From positions 4,063-38,174 of the forward strand of contig JARRRI010000041.1 in NCBI GenBank assembly GCA_037380845.1: a stretch of 34,112 nt of DNA, given 5' to 3'. Below, piece by piece: positions 16,972 through 26,656 of this stretch. A program made the translations under genes and the position numbers. The notes under the pieces were generated by a model. The model did not search any database. It saw only the letters and a list, made by a program, of their open reading frames with translations, and was not told the DNA's origin. Positions within the stretch are counted from its first letter, which is position 1. Each line of letters starts with the position of its first letter. This DNA comes from Candidatus Sulfobium sp. (lineage in GTDB: Bacteria > Nitrospirota > Thermodesulfovibrionia > Thermodesulfovibrionales > UBA6898).

Positions 16972-19409
16972 GCGGTGACTGCTTCTGCCTTGCCGCTGAG
17001 GGGGGCGGTCAGAATTACGCAGGTCCCTTGTCCCGGCCGGGTCTTGACCACGAAGTCTCCGGTGAAGTATTTCATGCGCTCCCGGATGCTGAAGAACCCG
17101 AAGCTGTGCTTGTCTATCCGGTCAAGATCGAATCCCGTGCCGTCGTCCTGCACCGTGATCTGCATCTGGTTATACTTTCTTGCGAGCTGGATCTTCATAT
17201 GTTCGGCCCCGGCATGTTTGACGACGTTCATGAAGATTTCCCTGACCGCCTGGAACATGAGGATGCTGACCTCCCGGTCGAGGGGTTTCAACAGACCGTC
17301 GTCAAAGAAATCGACGGAGATGCCGTGCTGTTTCTGGACCTCCTCGGCAAGCCATTCAATCGTCGCCGCCAGCCCGAGCTCGTAGAGGATGGGAGGGCTG
17401 AGTTCGAAGGTAAGCGATTTTGTATATTTCATGGTCTTTTGCATAAGCGACCAGATCTCGTCCAGGAGTGCGGCGCGATCTCCGTCCGCAAGAGATCTGC
17501 GGAGCTCTCCGAATTTCATCCTCGTTATAGCGAGGGTCTGACCGATATGGTCGTGGAGGTCAGTTGCGAGGCGTCGTCTCTCATGCTCTTCGGCAAGAGA
17601 CAGTTCGGAGGCAAGGGAGCGGAGTTGTTCCTGGTAAACCCTGACTTTTTCTTCGGCCCTCCTTCGTTCTGTGATATCGCGCTGGGTGGAGATGAAGTGA
17701 GTTACCTTGCCGTGCTCGTTCCGTATGGGAGCGACGTGCCATTCCACGTCGTATCTTGTTCCGTCTTTGCGGCGGTTTACCGTCTCGATACAGAAGACGT
17801 CCCCGTGGGACCCCGAACCTTCCAGCTTCAGCCACTCCATGCCGTCCGTCTCTGGGCTCTGGAGGTGTATAGCAGGCTTTCCCATAACTTCTTCTGCCGT
17901 ATAACCCGTCATCTCGGTATAGGCGGTATTGACAAACACGATCCGGGAGGAGGGGGTCGAGGGACTGGCGCTCGTTATGACTATCGCGTCGTTGGTCTGC
18001 TGAATGGCCGATTCAAGGAGCATCAGCCTTTCTTCCGCACGCTTCCTCTCGGTGATATTACTGAAGAAGGTCAGGGTCGCCGGCCGTCCCATCCAGGTTA
18101 TCAGGACGGGGTTGGCCTCCACCCACTTCGTGTTCCCCCCGGCGTCTAAAATCCTGCACGAATAGACCAGCGGGAGGCTGTCGCCTTTCAACTTCCTCAG
18201 ATGGTTTTCCATCACTATGTCCCTGTCGTCGGGGTGAATGAATTCTATAAAGGATTTTGATGTCAATTCCTGGTAGGGCCGGCCCATGATCTTGACCGCC
18301 TTCGGGTTCAGAAACCTGAAGAAACCGTCCTGGATGATCAGGATCCCTTCGCTTGCGTTTTCGACGACCAGCCGGTATTTTTCCTCGGAGGTGCGCAGTA
18401 CTCCCTCTGTCCACTTTCTCTCGAGGACCTCGTCGTGGAGCTCTTCATTCGCCTTGGTAAGCTGTGCCGTGCGGGCTCTCACCTGGCTTTCCAGGTGGCT
18501 CCTGCATTTCCGCAGAAGCCCTTCGTGCCTCTTCCTCTCCGAGATATCGGTACCGACGCAGAGCACCTCTGACACTTCGCCGTCTTCGCCCGGCACTGCC
18601 CTGTTCTTCCACGACATCCAGACCCTTTGTCCGTCCTTGCGGACATTTTTATATTCAATGCTTGCGTAACGTGACGGATGCTGACCGATATTCCTGAGCA
18701 TTGCCTTCACCCCCCGGCTGTACTTGGGGGTGTCAGGTACGATGGAGCCGACTACGTTTCTGCCGACGATCTCTTCTTCCGAAAACCCGAAGAATTTCTG
18801 GGCAAACTCGTTGAAGAAGGTTACACTTCCCTCTTTGTCCATCCTTAGGATGACGACGTTAGCGTTTTCTACAAGTTCGCGATATTTTTCCTCTGTCTTA
18901 TGCAGGGCCCTCCTGGTATGCCTCTGCTTGGTGATGTCTTCTACCGTGCAGATCATCCCCTCGAGTCGATTGTCCCTGACCTTCGGAATCAGCCATCCTG
19001 ACTGATAAGTGAGCTTCCCCGCCGGCGTGATAACCGGGACCTCGTCATAGTAGACCGGCCGCAGACTCTTCCTTGCTTCCAGGTAATGCTCCTTGAAGTG
19101 CTTTATCGTGCTCTCAGGAAGGTCTTCAAGCACGTTCGCCCCCCATAATCTCTGCTTGGTGACGCCGGCGATCATCTCCATCCCCCTGTTGGCATAACGG
19201 ATGACATCGTGCGCATCGGTTACCCAGACGCCGCAGGCGATATTGTCGAGGATGCTCCTGTGAAGACTTATGGTTTCGGCGTCTTCTTCTTTCTCCTCCA
19301 AACGTTGCTTCTCGGCCTGCTCCAGTGAGGCCACTTTTTCCCTGAGCTGCTCAAGTTCCCGGATAAGCTGCTGCCTCGTCGGCTCTTTCTTTTTCTCTGC
19401 TGAATCCAT
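16968..19409 (-). CDS. Soluble multi-PAS (four) HisKA_3 sensor histidine kinase
   Basis: Four PAS/PAC units ending DITKQR, DISERK, NITERK and DITERR; ERRRLATDLHD, NVVKHA and DDGTGFD motifs; no obvious TM helix; ATGA overlap with the regulator. Confidence 0.94.
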   Translation of the reverse strand: MDSAEKKKEPTRQQLIRELEQLREKVASLEQAEKQRLEEKEEDAETISLHRSILDNIACGVWVTDAHDVIRYANRGMEMIAGVTKQRLWGANVLEDLPESTIKHFKEHYLEARKSLRPVYYDEVPVITPAGKLTYQSGWLIPKVRDNRLEGMICTVEDITKQRHTRRALHKTEEKYRELVENANVVILRMDKEGSVTFFNEFAQKFFGFSEEEIVGRNVVGSIVPDTPKYSRGVKAMLRNIGQHPSRYASIEYKNVRKDGQRVWMSWKNRAVPGEDGEVSEVLCVGTDISERKRHEGLLRKCRSHLESQVRARTAQLTKANEELHDEVLERKWTEGVLRTSEEKYRLVVENASEGILIIQDGFFRFLNPKAVKIMGRPYQELTSKSFIEFIHPDDRDIVMENHLRKLKGDSLPLVYSCRILDAGGNTKWVEANPVLITWMGRPATLTFFSNITERKRAEERLMLLESAIQQTNDAIVITSASPSTPSSRIVFVNTAYTEMTGYTAEEVMGKPAIHLQSPETDGMEWLKLEGSGSHGDVFCIETVNRRKDGTRYDVEWHVAPIRNEHGKVTHFISTQRDITERRRAEEKVRVYQEQLRSLASELSLAEEHERRRLATDLHDHIGQTLAITRMKFGELRRSLADGDRAALLDEIWSLMQKTMKYTKSLTFELSPPILYELGLAATIEWLAEEVQKQHGISVDFFDDGLLKPLDREVSILMFQAVREIFMNVVKHAGAEHMKIQLARKYNQMQITVQDDGTGFDLDRIDKHSFGFFSIRERMKYFTGDFVVKTRPGQGTCVILTAPLSGKAEAVTA

Positions 19410-19526
19410 AAGTACTTTTTATTATTATATAAAAATCCATAGAGAAAAGACACTTAAGCGTTATTTTGTGAAGGCCGCTATAATGTCGGCTTGAAATGAG
19501 CTCCCCTGAAATGTCAGATTACACTT

Positions 19527-20108
19527 ATGGCAGGTCTTTCGGGAGTCATCATCAGTTGCGGCATATTCAGACAGGAAATCGAATCCCTGGCAAGGGAAAG
19601 AGGTTTTTCAAAAGATGTGGTCTTTCTCGACGCGTCCCTCCATGTAAATTTCGACAAACTGAAAGCCCGGCTGACCGGTGCGCTGGAAAAATACGGGAAA
19701 GGGAGCAGGAAAGTGAAGGTCCTTTACGGACACTGTCATCCGGAGATGACTGAAATTATTGCTCGTTACGGCGCAAAGAGGATAGGAGCGGGCAATTGTC
19801 TGGAGGCGATTGCTGGCGCCGAAGAGATCGCAAGGATCGATAGAGAGGCAAAGACTTTCTTTCTGACATCAGGATGGGTAAACAATTGGGAGGCGATGTT
19901 CAGGCTCGGGGAGGAGGATTTCAATTTCGACTTCAGGAAGATGTTTTCGTCCTATAAACGCATAATTGTTTTTGACATCCGTGGAATTCCTGTCGATGAG
20001 GAAAAAGTGAGAAAACTGAGTGATTATGCGAAATTGCCGGTGGAAAGACGGTCAATGACCCTGGATCATTTTCGGAAGGTCATAAGTGCCCTCAATGACA
20101 AAGATTAA
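19527..20108 (+). CDS. DUF1638-like protein
   Basis: IISCGIFRQEI, LH....L, LYGHCHP, NCLE and FFLTSGW pattern; divergent from the kinase. Confidence 0.8.
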   Translation: MAGLSGVIISCGIFRQEIESLARERGFSKDVVFLDASLHVNFDKLKARLTGALEKYGKGSRKVKVLYGHCHPEMTEIIARYGAKRIGAGNCLEAIAGAEEIARIDREAKTFFLTSGWVNNWEAMFRLGEEDFNFDFRKMFSSYKRIIVFDIRGIPVDEEKVRKLSDYAKLPVERRSMTLDHFRKVISALNDKD

Positions 20109-20187
20109 CCCTGATCGGTCATTAAAAAACCCGGAAAACGCGGAAAGGGCGGCTAAAAAATCCTGTAGCGACATCTTACAGCCCTTT

Positions 20188-20211
20188 AGAACGGCCTCCC
20201 AGCCGTTTTCT
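20188..20211 (+). terminator. Possible intrinsic terminator between convergent genes
   Basis: AACGGC-CTCCCA-GCCGTT followed by TTCT; short U-tract. Confidence 0.35.
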
Positions 20212-20318
20212 GAAAGTCACTAAATCTTGAGCGCTCATTTGTGTGGTAGACAAATATAATCGTGTAGGCATTACAAGACTTTTCGGTGTTCCTTCTGCCT
20301 TTTGTGTAATGTCAGGAC

Positions 20319-20546
20319 TTACTCATTTTCTGAAGCCTTAATAGCGGCCAGTACTTCCGCGTTTTCAGGGAAGCGCCCCGACTGCTTCTTTGAGAAAATC
20401 AGCCTGCCGTCCACCTTGACTTCGAAGGCCCCCATATCATTGGAGTGTATAAGCTCCGCCTGGACACCGGTTTCCTGTTTAACTGCCATGGCGAGACTTG
20501 CCGCCATCGGGCGATAATTGCAGGTGCCGCAATATTCAATGGACAT
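20319..20546 (-). CDS. Rdx (SelT/SelW/SelH) family protein, Cys form
   Basis: IEYCGTCNY, GAFEV, IFSK and GRFP motifs. The start is uncertain because the AGGAGG lies 18 nt upstream of ATG 20546. Confidence 0.85.
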   Translation of the reverse strand: MSIEYCGTCNYRPMAASLAMAVKQETGVQAELIHSNDMGAFEVKVDGRLIFSKKQSGRFPENAEVLAAIKASENE

Positions 20547-20675
20547 ATTTCTTATAAAAGGCTTCCTCCTTCTTTTATAGTATACCGCCATTACTGGTTC
20601 CCCTGACTCCCGGGAGGTTTCCCGCCCTCACGGGGCGGCGGAATTTTACTCCCCCCCTTTCCTTGAGAAAGCAAC

Positions 20676-21041
20676 ATGAGAATTTGGGACATAGATCCGA
20701 AACTCCTCTGCAATAATCACCTCTTGGGGGAGCATAGGGAGCTTCACGCCGTTTGGACCATCATCACCAGGGGCAGGAAGGGCTATAGTTATCACCCCGA
20801 AACCGGAAGGTGGAAAGGCAAGCTGAGGGCATTATTTAATGTGCATCAGGAAATTGCCCGGGAGATGGCGGCGAGAGGGTTCCGTCATCGTAGTCCGCTG
20901 GATGAGACACTTGCAACGGGAGCGAAAGTTCAGGATGTATTAATCGACTCGCTTGAGAGGCAGGCGGAAATACTGAAGCAAAAGGGATGCAACTGCAGTG
21001 TCGCCACCCCGCGCGAATTCTTCCGTCACGCTGGAGAATGA
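20676..21041 (+). CDS. Pyrimidine-dimer DNA glycosylase / T4 endonuclease V family protein
   Basis: MRIW...LLGEHRELH, GY..HPET.RW and EMAARGFRHRSPL motifs. Confidence 0.8.
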   Translation: MRIWDIDPKLLCNNHLLGEHRELHAVWTIITRGRKGYSYHPETGRWKGKLRALFNVHQEIAREMAARGFRHRSPLDETLATGAKVQDVLIDSLERQAEILKQKGCNCSVATPREFFRHAGE

Positions 21042-21062
21042 AGGAGGAATGAACCCGGTGAG

Positions 21063-21407
21063 CTACCCCGGGGGCCAGTGCATGCGGCGGCCTCCCAGGA
21101 GATGGAGGTGGATGTGAAAGACGCTCTGTCCTGCTTCGGGATTGGTGTTCATCACCAGGCGGAAGCCGCTCTCGGCGACGCCTTTCTGGGCGGCGATCCT
21201 GTTGGCGACCTCGAACAAATGTCCGACAAGCGGCTTGTCTTCAGAGTCCAGATCCAGGGTGGTCGCGATATGTTTCCTGGGTATTACAAGGACATGGACC
21301 GGCGCCTGGGGATTGATATCCTCAAAAGCTACGGCCGTTTCGTCTTTATAAATAATTCTCGCCGTCGTCTTCTCCGATGCTATCCTGCAAAAAACGCAAT
21401 CAGTCAT
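21063..21407 (-). CDS. hinT: Histidine triad nucleotide-binding protein
   Basis: DCVFCRI, DINPQAPVHVLVIP, GQSVFHIHLHLLGG and WPPG motifs. Confidence 0.93.
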   Translation of the reverse strand: MTDCVFCRIASEKTTARIIYKDETAVAFEDINPQAPVHVLVIPRKHIATTLDLDSEDKPLVGHLFEVANRIAAQKGVAESGFRLVMNTNPEAGQSVFHIHLHLLGGRRMHWPPG

Positions 21408-21703
21408 GGGCTGTTCTTTTTCACCCGCCGTCCCCGCCTGGCCTCAAGCTCCTGAAAAATGTCTTCGTGGCTCAATCCTTCTGCAGTCATCAGTACCATG
21501 CAGTGGAACCACAGGTCCGCAAGTTCATGGACGATCTCCCGCCTGTCACCGGACTTCGAGGCTATGATGACCTCCGCCGATTCTTCGCCTATCTTCTTCA
21601 ATATTTCGTCTTTGCCTTTTAAGAACAATGATGAGACATAGGAATCCGGAGAAGGGCTGCCCATCCTTTCGAGGATGACCCTGTAGATATCATCGAGTAT
21701 CAT
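21404..21703 (-). CDS. hisE: Phosphoribosyl-ATP diphosphatase
   Basis: [16 protein letters not shown] and ELADLWFH motifs. Confidence 0.95.
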   Translation of the reverse strand: MILDDIYRVILERMGSPSPDSYVSSLFLKGKDEILKKIGEESAEVIIASKSGDRREIVHELADLWFHCMVLMTAEGLSHEDIFQELEARRGRRVKKNSP

Positions 21704-22074
21704 TTCTTCCCGTAAACGTCCTCTTCGGAAAAAGCCTTCTCCCGGACTTCTCTTCCTTCGATATCGGTGAAGAAACAGGAACGGTGACCGGTATGACAGG
21801 CCCCCGGCCCCTTCTGGTCCACCTTTATCAGCAGGGTGTCCCTGTCGCAGTCATAAAGTATCTCCCTGACCTCCTGCACGTGGCCGGATGTTTCCCCCTT
21901 TTTCCACAGCTTCCTGCGGGAGCGCGACCAGAAGTGGGTGTATCCGGTGGAGATCGTCTTTTCGACTGATTCCGTGTTCATGTATGCCATCATCAGCACT
22001 TCCCCGTTTTCAGCGTCCTGTATGATGGCGGGGATCAGCCCGTTTTTATCGAATTTCAGATCCTGCAATTTCAT
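21700..22074 (-). CDS. hisI: Phosphoribosyl-AMP cyclohydrolase
   Basis: [19 protein letters not shown] and [10 protein letters not shown] motifs. Confidence 0.96.
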   Translation of the reverse strand: MKLQDLKFDKNGLIPAIIQDAENGEVLMMAYMNTESVEKTISTGYTHFWSRSRRKLWKKGETSGHVQEVREILYDCDRDTLLIKVDQKGPGACHTGHRSCFFTDIEGREVREKAFSEEDVYGKK

Positions 22075-22084
22075 ATCGTATCCC

Positions 22085-22567
22085 CTAAAGTTTGTAGCCT
22101 ATTTTCCTCAGAAATTCCTTCCTGTGGGCCTTGTCTTCCGGCGTTTCCACACCGCGCGGTGAAAATCCGTCGATTACACCCAGTATACCCCCGCCCAGCG
22201 ACGTCCGGGCCACGATAGCCTCCAGAGGGTTTGCAGTGGCGCAGTAAATACAACAGACTTCAGGACAGTTCTTTACCTGGGTAAGGATGTTGATCGGGAA
22301 CGCTCCTTTAAGGATGATGCAGAACACATGCCCTGCGTTTAAGGCCTCGAGATTACCGATGCAGGCCTTCACCAGATCGCCGTCGTTCCCTTCTGTCCTT
22401 ATCAGACAAGGTCCCGAGGCTTCGGTGAAAGCGACACCGAACTGGGCCTGGGGGACCGTAGTGGCGACGATTTCATAAAGGTCCTCAGCGGTCTTGATGA
22501 AGTGGGTCTGACCCAGTATGATGTTGCAGTCCTGCGGTATTTCGATCTTCACCGTTTCAATATCCAT
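22085..22567 (-). CDS. Adenosine-specific kinase family protein (DUF355)
   Basis: [28 protein letters not shown] and GVIDG motifs; AGGAGG SD before ATG 22567. Confidence 0.88.
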   Translation of the reverse strand: MDIETVKIEIPQDCNIILGQTHFIKTAEDLYEIVATTVPQAQFGVAFTEASGPCLIRTEGNDGDLVKACIGNLEALNAGHVFCIILKGAFPINILTQVKNCPEVCCIYCATANPLEAIVARTSLGGGILGVIDGFSPRGVETPEDKAHRKEFLRKIGYKL

Positions 22568-22602
22568 GGTCCGCCTCCTGTCCGTTATGATACAAAACGA
22601 TA

Positions 22603-22611
22603 TGCTATAAT
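22603..22611 (+). promoter_or_regulatory. Extended -10 promoter for DUF4390-ntrY-ntrX
   Basis: Perfect TGCTATAAT in an AT-rich divergent intergenic region. Confidence 0.55.
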
Positions 22612-22646
22612 TGAAAATAAATTTTCCCGGAGATGTCAAGCTTTTA

Positions 22647-23204
22647 ATGTCAAGGCTTCTTGCGATTTCTCTGCTTCTCGTCTGTATCCTCCTCCCCTCG
22701 CTGTCGGCAGGGCAGGAAATTTCCGGGCCGGCAGTCAGTATCCGGAACGGGGACATCCATGTGCGTTTCGGCCTGGTCCCCGACCCGAAATTCATCCAGG
22801 GAATAAGGGAGGGCATCGACAAGGAACTCAAATTTTATGTCGACCTTTTCAGGGTATGGGAGATATGGCCCGACGAGTTCATTCTTGGCAAGTCATACAC
22901 CAAGACGCTGAAGGCCGACCCCATAAAAGAAGAGTACGTGGCCACATCCCTCGACGGAAACATTCTGATCGAAAAGAGGTTCAGGTCTTTTGACTCCATG
23001 CTGGCCTGGGTATTGTCTTTCAAGGATGTTAAGCTCTCGGGAACCCGTGAACTGGAGCCCGGTCAATATTTTGTCAGGGTGACGGTCGAATCCCGGATCA
23101 GAAAACTGCCGCCGGTTATCGGTTACTTCATAATCTTCCTTTCGGAAAACGAATTCAAGATCCATAAAGACTCGGGTCTGTTTACGGTCAGAGGCAGCCG
23201 GTGA
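22647..23204 (+). CDS. DUF4390-like exported protein
   Basis: Signal peptide; typical position immediately upstream of ntrY-like kinases, with GTGA overlap. Confidence 0.75.
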   Translation: MSRLLAISLLLVCILLPSLSAGQEISGPAVSIRNGDIHVRFGLVPDPKFIQGIREGIDKELKFYVDLFRVWEIWPDEFILGKSYTKTLKADPIKEEYVATSLDGNILIEKRFRSFDSMLAWVLSFKDVKLSGTRELEPGQYFVRVTVESRIRKLPPVIGYFIIFLSENEFKIHKDSGLFTVRGSR

Positions 23205-25237
23205 AGAAGCTTCGCTTCCAGGCCTTCATTTCATTGGGCATAATTCTGATGTTTCTTGTCTTCGGGATCGAGTTTCATTACGCCGGTACCGGAAAGGTGC
23301 CTTTTCTTGTCAAGCTGGTCCTTCTCATACTTTTGAATGTTACTGTTCTTGCCTTGTTCGTTCTCATCTTTTTTGTGGCCAAAAGTCTCGTGAAGGTATA
23401 CCTGGAGAGGAAAAACAGGGTGCCGGGTTACAGGTTCAAGACGAAGATCGTGGTGATAATCGTCGTTCTCACAATGATTCCTTCTTCTTTCCTTTTTGTT
23501 ATTTCCAGCGGTGTTGTAACCAATTATCTCGACAGGTGGTTCGATCCCCAGATCAAGCAGCCTCTGAGCCTTTCCATCGATGTTGCAAAGTCCGCATATG
23601 ATATGCAGCGGCGGCAGGTCCTGGCGTACGCCAAGGCAGTTGCTGCGGGCAGGCCGTCACCGGAGAACTATACCGTAAAACGTCTTACAGAACCACCCGT
23701 AAACGCGTCCGAGATGATGAAGGCCGCGTTCGAGGGAAAAGCCGGGGTAGAGGTCATAACCGGGAAAAAAGGGGACGTGATCAGGGCGGCGGCCCCTGAA
23801 TACCGCAGGGGAAAGCAGAGAGGCGTGACGGTGGTGGAATCTTTCCTCAGCAAGGACATGAGCAGGAACGCCGAAAAGATCAAGTATGCCTACCAGAACT
23901 ATCTCACCCTGGAATCGATGAAGACGCCTCTAAAAACGAATTACCTGCTGATACTCAGTTTTTTGACTCTTCTTACCATATTCATGGCCCTCTGGGTGGC
24001 GCTGAGGATTTCAAGGGGCATAACGGACCCTATACAGATATTGGCCCAGGCCACGGAGGAGGTCGCGAAAGGGAACCTCAATACCACGATCGATATCCAC
24101 CGGGAGGATGAAATAGGCCTGCTGGTCGATTCTTTCAACAACATGGTCAGCGAACTGAAAGACAACAAGGAGTCCCTCCAGCGCGCATGGACCGAATCCG
24201 ACAGGCGCAGGCTTATCATAGAAAACATACTTGAAAATATCAATTCCGGCGTTCTGTCGCTCGACACGGCCGGCAATATTCTTACCGTGAATTCGGCGGC
24301 ATGTGTGATCCTGGGAATATCGCCTGAGGAGATCATAGGCAAGAATTACTCCGGCCTCCTCTCGATGCTGCAGTCGGAGGAACTCAAGGAGACGGTCAGG
24401 AATATAAGGGTCAAGGATTTCAAGGGCCTGGAGAGGGAACTCAGGGTGACCGTGGGAGACAGGCGGGTGCTGCTGCGCATCTTTATCACCACGCTGGGTG
24501 ACCCGAACAATTTCTGGGGTACCCTCGTTGTCTTCGACGACCTCTCGGAGATCGTGAGGGCCCAGAAGGCCCTTGCCTGGCAGGAGGTGGCCCGCAGGAT
24601 AGCCCACGAAATAAAGAATCCCCTTACCCCGATAAAGCTTTCGACCGACCATATGATAAAGAAGTGGCACAACGGGGATAATGATTTCGGACAGGTATTC
24701 GAACGGTCGACGAGGACCATTATAAAAGAGGTAGAGAGCCTGAGACGGCTGGTCAACGAGTTTGCCAGGTTCGGCAAGATGCCGGAGATAAAGAAGACCC
24801 CTATGCTCATTTCCTCTATAATAGAAGGGGTGGTCAATCTTTACCGTGATTACAGAGAAGTCGAGATCACTGTGTCGAAAGAGGAGAACGAGCAGTTCGT
24901 TGAATTGGATGCCGAGCAGTTCAAACGGGTCATAATAAATTTAGTTGATAACGCCATGCAGGCGATGCAGGAAAAGGGAAGGATCGACATCGCCGTCAGT
25001 CACGACATTCCCTCGAACAGGGTGTACGTGGACATCAGCGACAACGGCCCCGGCATACCGGAAGAAGATAAGGAGAAGCTGTTTCTCCCCTATTTCTCCA
25101 CAAGAAAGGACGGGACCGGCCTGGGCCTTGCGATCGCGAGCAGGGTCGTGACGGAACACCACGGATACATCAGAATACGGGACAACAAGCCTACTGGTAC
25201 AGTGTTTACCATAGAGTTGCCGATAAAGGAGGCCTAA
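23201..25237 (+). CDS. ntrY: NtrY-like membrane sensor histidine kinase (HAMP-PAS-HisKA-HATPase)
   Basis: N-terminal TM helices; AWQEVARRIAHEIKNPLTPIKLS, LFLPYFST and GTGLGLAI motifs. Confidence 0.9.
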   Translation: MKKLRFQAFISLGIILMFLVFGIEFHYAGTGKVPFLVKLVLLILLNVTVLALFVLIFFVAKSLVKVYLERKNRVPGYRFKTKIVVIIVVLTMIPSSFLFVISSGVVTNYLDRWFDPQIKQPLSLSIDVAKSAYDMQRRQVLAYAKAVAAGRPSPENYTVKRLTEPPVNASEMMKAAFEGKAGVEVITGKKGDVIRAAAPEYRRGKQRGVTVVESFLSKDMSRNAEKIKYAYQNYLTLESMKTPLKTNYLLILSFLTLLTIFMALWVALRISRGITDPIQILAQATEEVAKGNLNTTIDIHREDEIGLLVDSFNNMVSELKDNKESLQRAWTESDRRRLIIENILENINSGVLSLDTAGNILTVNSAACVILGISPEEIIGKNYSGLLSMLQSEELKETVRNIRVKDFKGLERELRVTVGDRRVLLRIFITTLGDPNNFWGTLVVFDDLSEIVRAQKALAWQEVARRIAHEIKNPLTPIKLSTDHMIKKWHNGDNDFGQVFERSTRTIIKEVESLRRLVNEFARFGKMPEIKKTPMLISSIIEGVVNLYRDYREVEITVSKEENEQFVELDAEQFKRVIINLVDNAMQAMQEKGRIDIAVSHDIPSNRVYVDISDNGPGIPEEDKEKLFLPYFSTRKDGTGLGLAIASRVVTEHHGYIRIRDNKPTGTVFTIELPIKEA

Positions 25238-26580
25238 TGTCGAAGGCTGTCGTTATGATAGTGGATGACGAGGAGAGCATCAGAGAGACCCTTTCGGGGA
25301 TATTCGAAGACGAGGGATATGAAACGGTCACTGCTGCCTCGGGAGAAGAAGGGGTCCGCGCGGCAAAGGAATCGGGTCCTGACATTGTTCTGCTCGACAT
25401 ATGGCTTTCGGGGATGGACGGCATTGAGACCCTGAAGGAGCTCCGTGAACAATACCCCGATCTCCCGGTGATAATCATCTCGGGGCACGCCAACATAGAA
25501 TTGGCCGTGAAGGCAACCAGGATAGGCGCCTATGACATTCTTGAAAAGCCGCTTTCCATGGAGAAAGTGCTTCTTACTGTCTACAGGGCGCTCGAAAAGA
25601 GAGACCTGGAACGCGAAAACCGTACGCTACGCCGGGATTTGGAAAAGAAGTGGAAGATGGTGGGGAATTCGCCGAAAATGGGGCATCTAAGAGAACAGAT
25701 AAAGATGGCGGCGGCCAGCAACGGCAGGGTATTGATTCTGGGGGAAAGCGGCTCCGGCAAGGAGCTGGTTGCCCATTTACTGCACGAAAACAGTCAGCGG
25801 GCGGGCAGGTCTTTCGTTGAGGTGAACTGTGCTGCTATTCCCCAGGAGCTGATCGAGAGCGAGCTGTTTGGCCATGAGAAGGGTTCGTTCACCGGCGCCT
25901 TCGAGACAAAGGAGGGAAAGTTTGAACAGGCCGACAACGGCACGCTTTTTCTTGACGAAATCGGGGACATGTCGCTGCAGACCCAGGCAAAGGTGCTGAG
26001 GGTCATCGAAACGCAGGAGTTCCAGAGGGTCGGAGGCAACAAGAACATCAAAGTTGACGTCAGGATAATTTCAGCAACAAACAAGGAACTCAACGAAGAG
26101 GTGAAAAAAGAGCGTTTCAGGGAAGACCTTTATTTCCGGCTGAATGTGGTGCCGATAAAAGTCCCCCCACTGAGGGAGAGACCCGACGACATTCCCCTGC
26201 TGGTGGACCATTTTCTGGAATATTTCGCTTCCGAATACGGACAGCAGCCCAAGAAGATTACGCCCGAGGCTATCAGGATCCTGCAGAAGTTTTCATGGCC
26301 CGGCAATATCAGGGAGCTTAAGAACGTGCTCGAGAGGGTCGTAATCATGACCCCTGCGGGGACTATAACGCCGGCGGACCTTTTTCTGCCCGAAGCGACG
26401 ATGTCGGACTACTTTTCCATAAATTCATTGAAGGATGCAAGGGAGCTGTTCGAAAAGGATTTTATCTCGCGGAAACTGGAGGAGAACGCCTGGAACATAT
26501 CGAAGACAGCGGACGTTCTCGATATCGAGCGAAGCAATCTTCACCGCAAGATAAAGGCATACAATATAAAGATGCCCTGA
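25237..26580 (+). CDS. ntrX: NtrX-like sigma54-interaction response regulator
   Basis: LLDIW receiver, GESGSGKE, GSFTGA, FLDEIGDM, WPGNIREL and Fis-type HTH. Confidence 0.9.
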   Translation: MSKAVVMIVDDEESIRETLSGIFEDEGYETVTAASGEEGVRAAKESGPDIVLLDIWLSGMDGIETLKELREQYPDLPVIIISGHANIELAVKATRIGAYDILEKPLSMEKVLLTVYRALEKRDLERENRTLRRDLEKKWKMVGNSPKMGHLREQIKMAAASNGRVLILGESGSGKELVAHLLHENSQRAGRSFVEVNCAAIPQELIESELFGHEKGSFTGAFETKEGKFEQADNGTLFLDEIGDMSLQTQAKVLRVIETQEFQRVGGNKNIKVDVRIISATNKELNEEVKKERFREDLYFRLNVVPIKVPPLRERPDDIPLLVDHFLEYFASEYGQQPKKITPEAIRILQKFSWPGNIRELKNVLERVVIMTPAGTITPADLFLPEATMSDYFSINSLKDARELFEKDFISRKLEENAWNISKTADVLDIERSNLHRKIKAYNIKMP

Positions 26581-26656
26581 AACAGCCGGTCACTGGGAGA
26601 AGGGGCGGTGAAAAAATGCTGAGAATGATAAATATGAAGATCTTAAGAGAGGTGAT

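Noticed and set aside
5290..20108. Calling the locus a mec (dichloromethane) cassette
   Set aside because: No MtrH-like THF methyltransferase or antiporter, a different gene order and extra genes. The resemblance is only at family level.
20319..20591. Selenoprotein
   Set aside because: Both redox positions are TGC, with no in-frame TGA.
22633..22654. Direct repeat ATGTCAAG x2 (TTGACA on the - strand) as promoter or regulator site
   Set aside because: No properly spaced -10, and the second copy overlaps the probable start codon; too weak to call.
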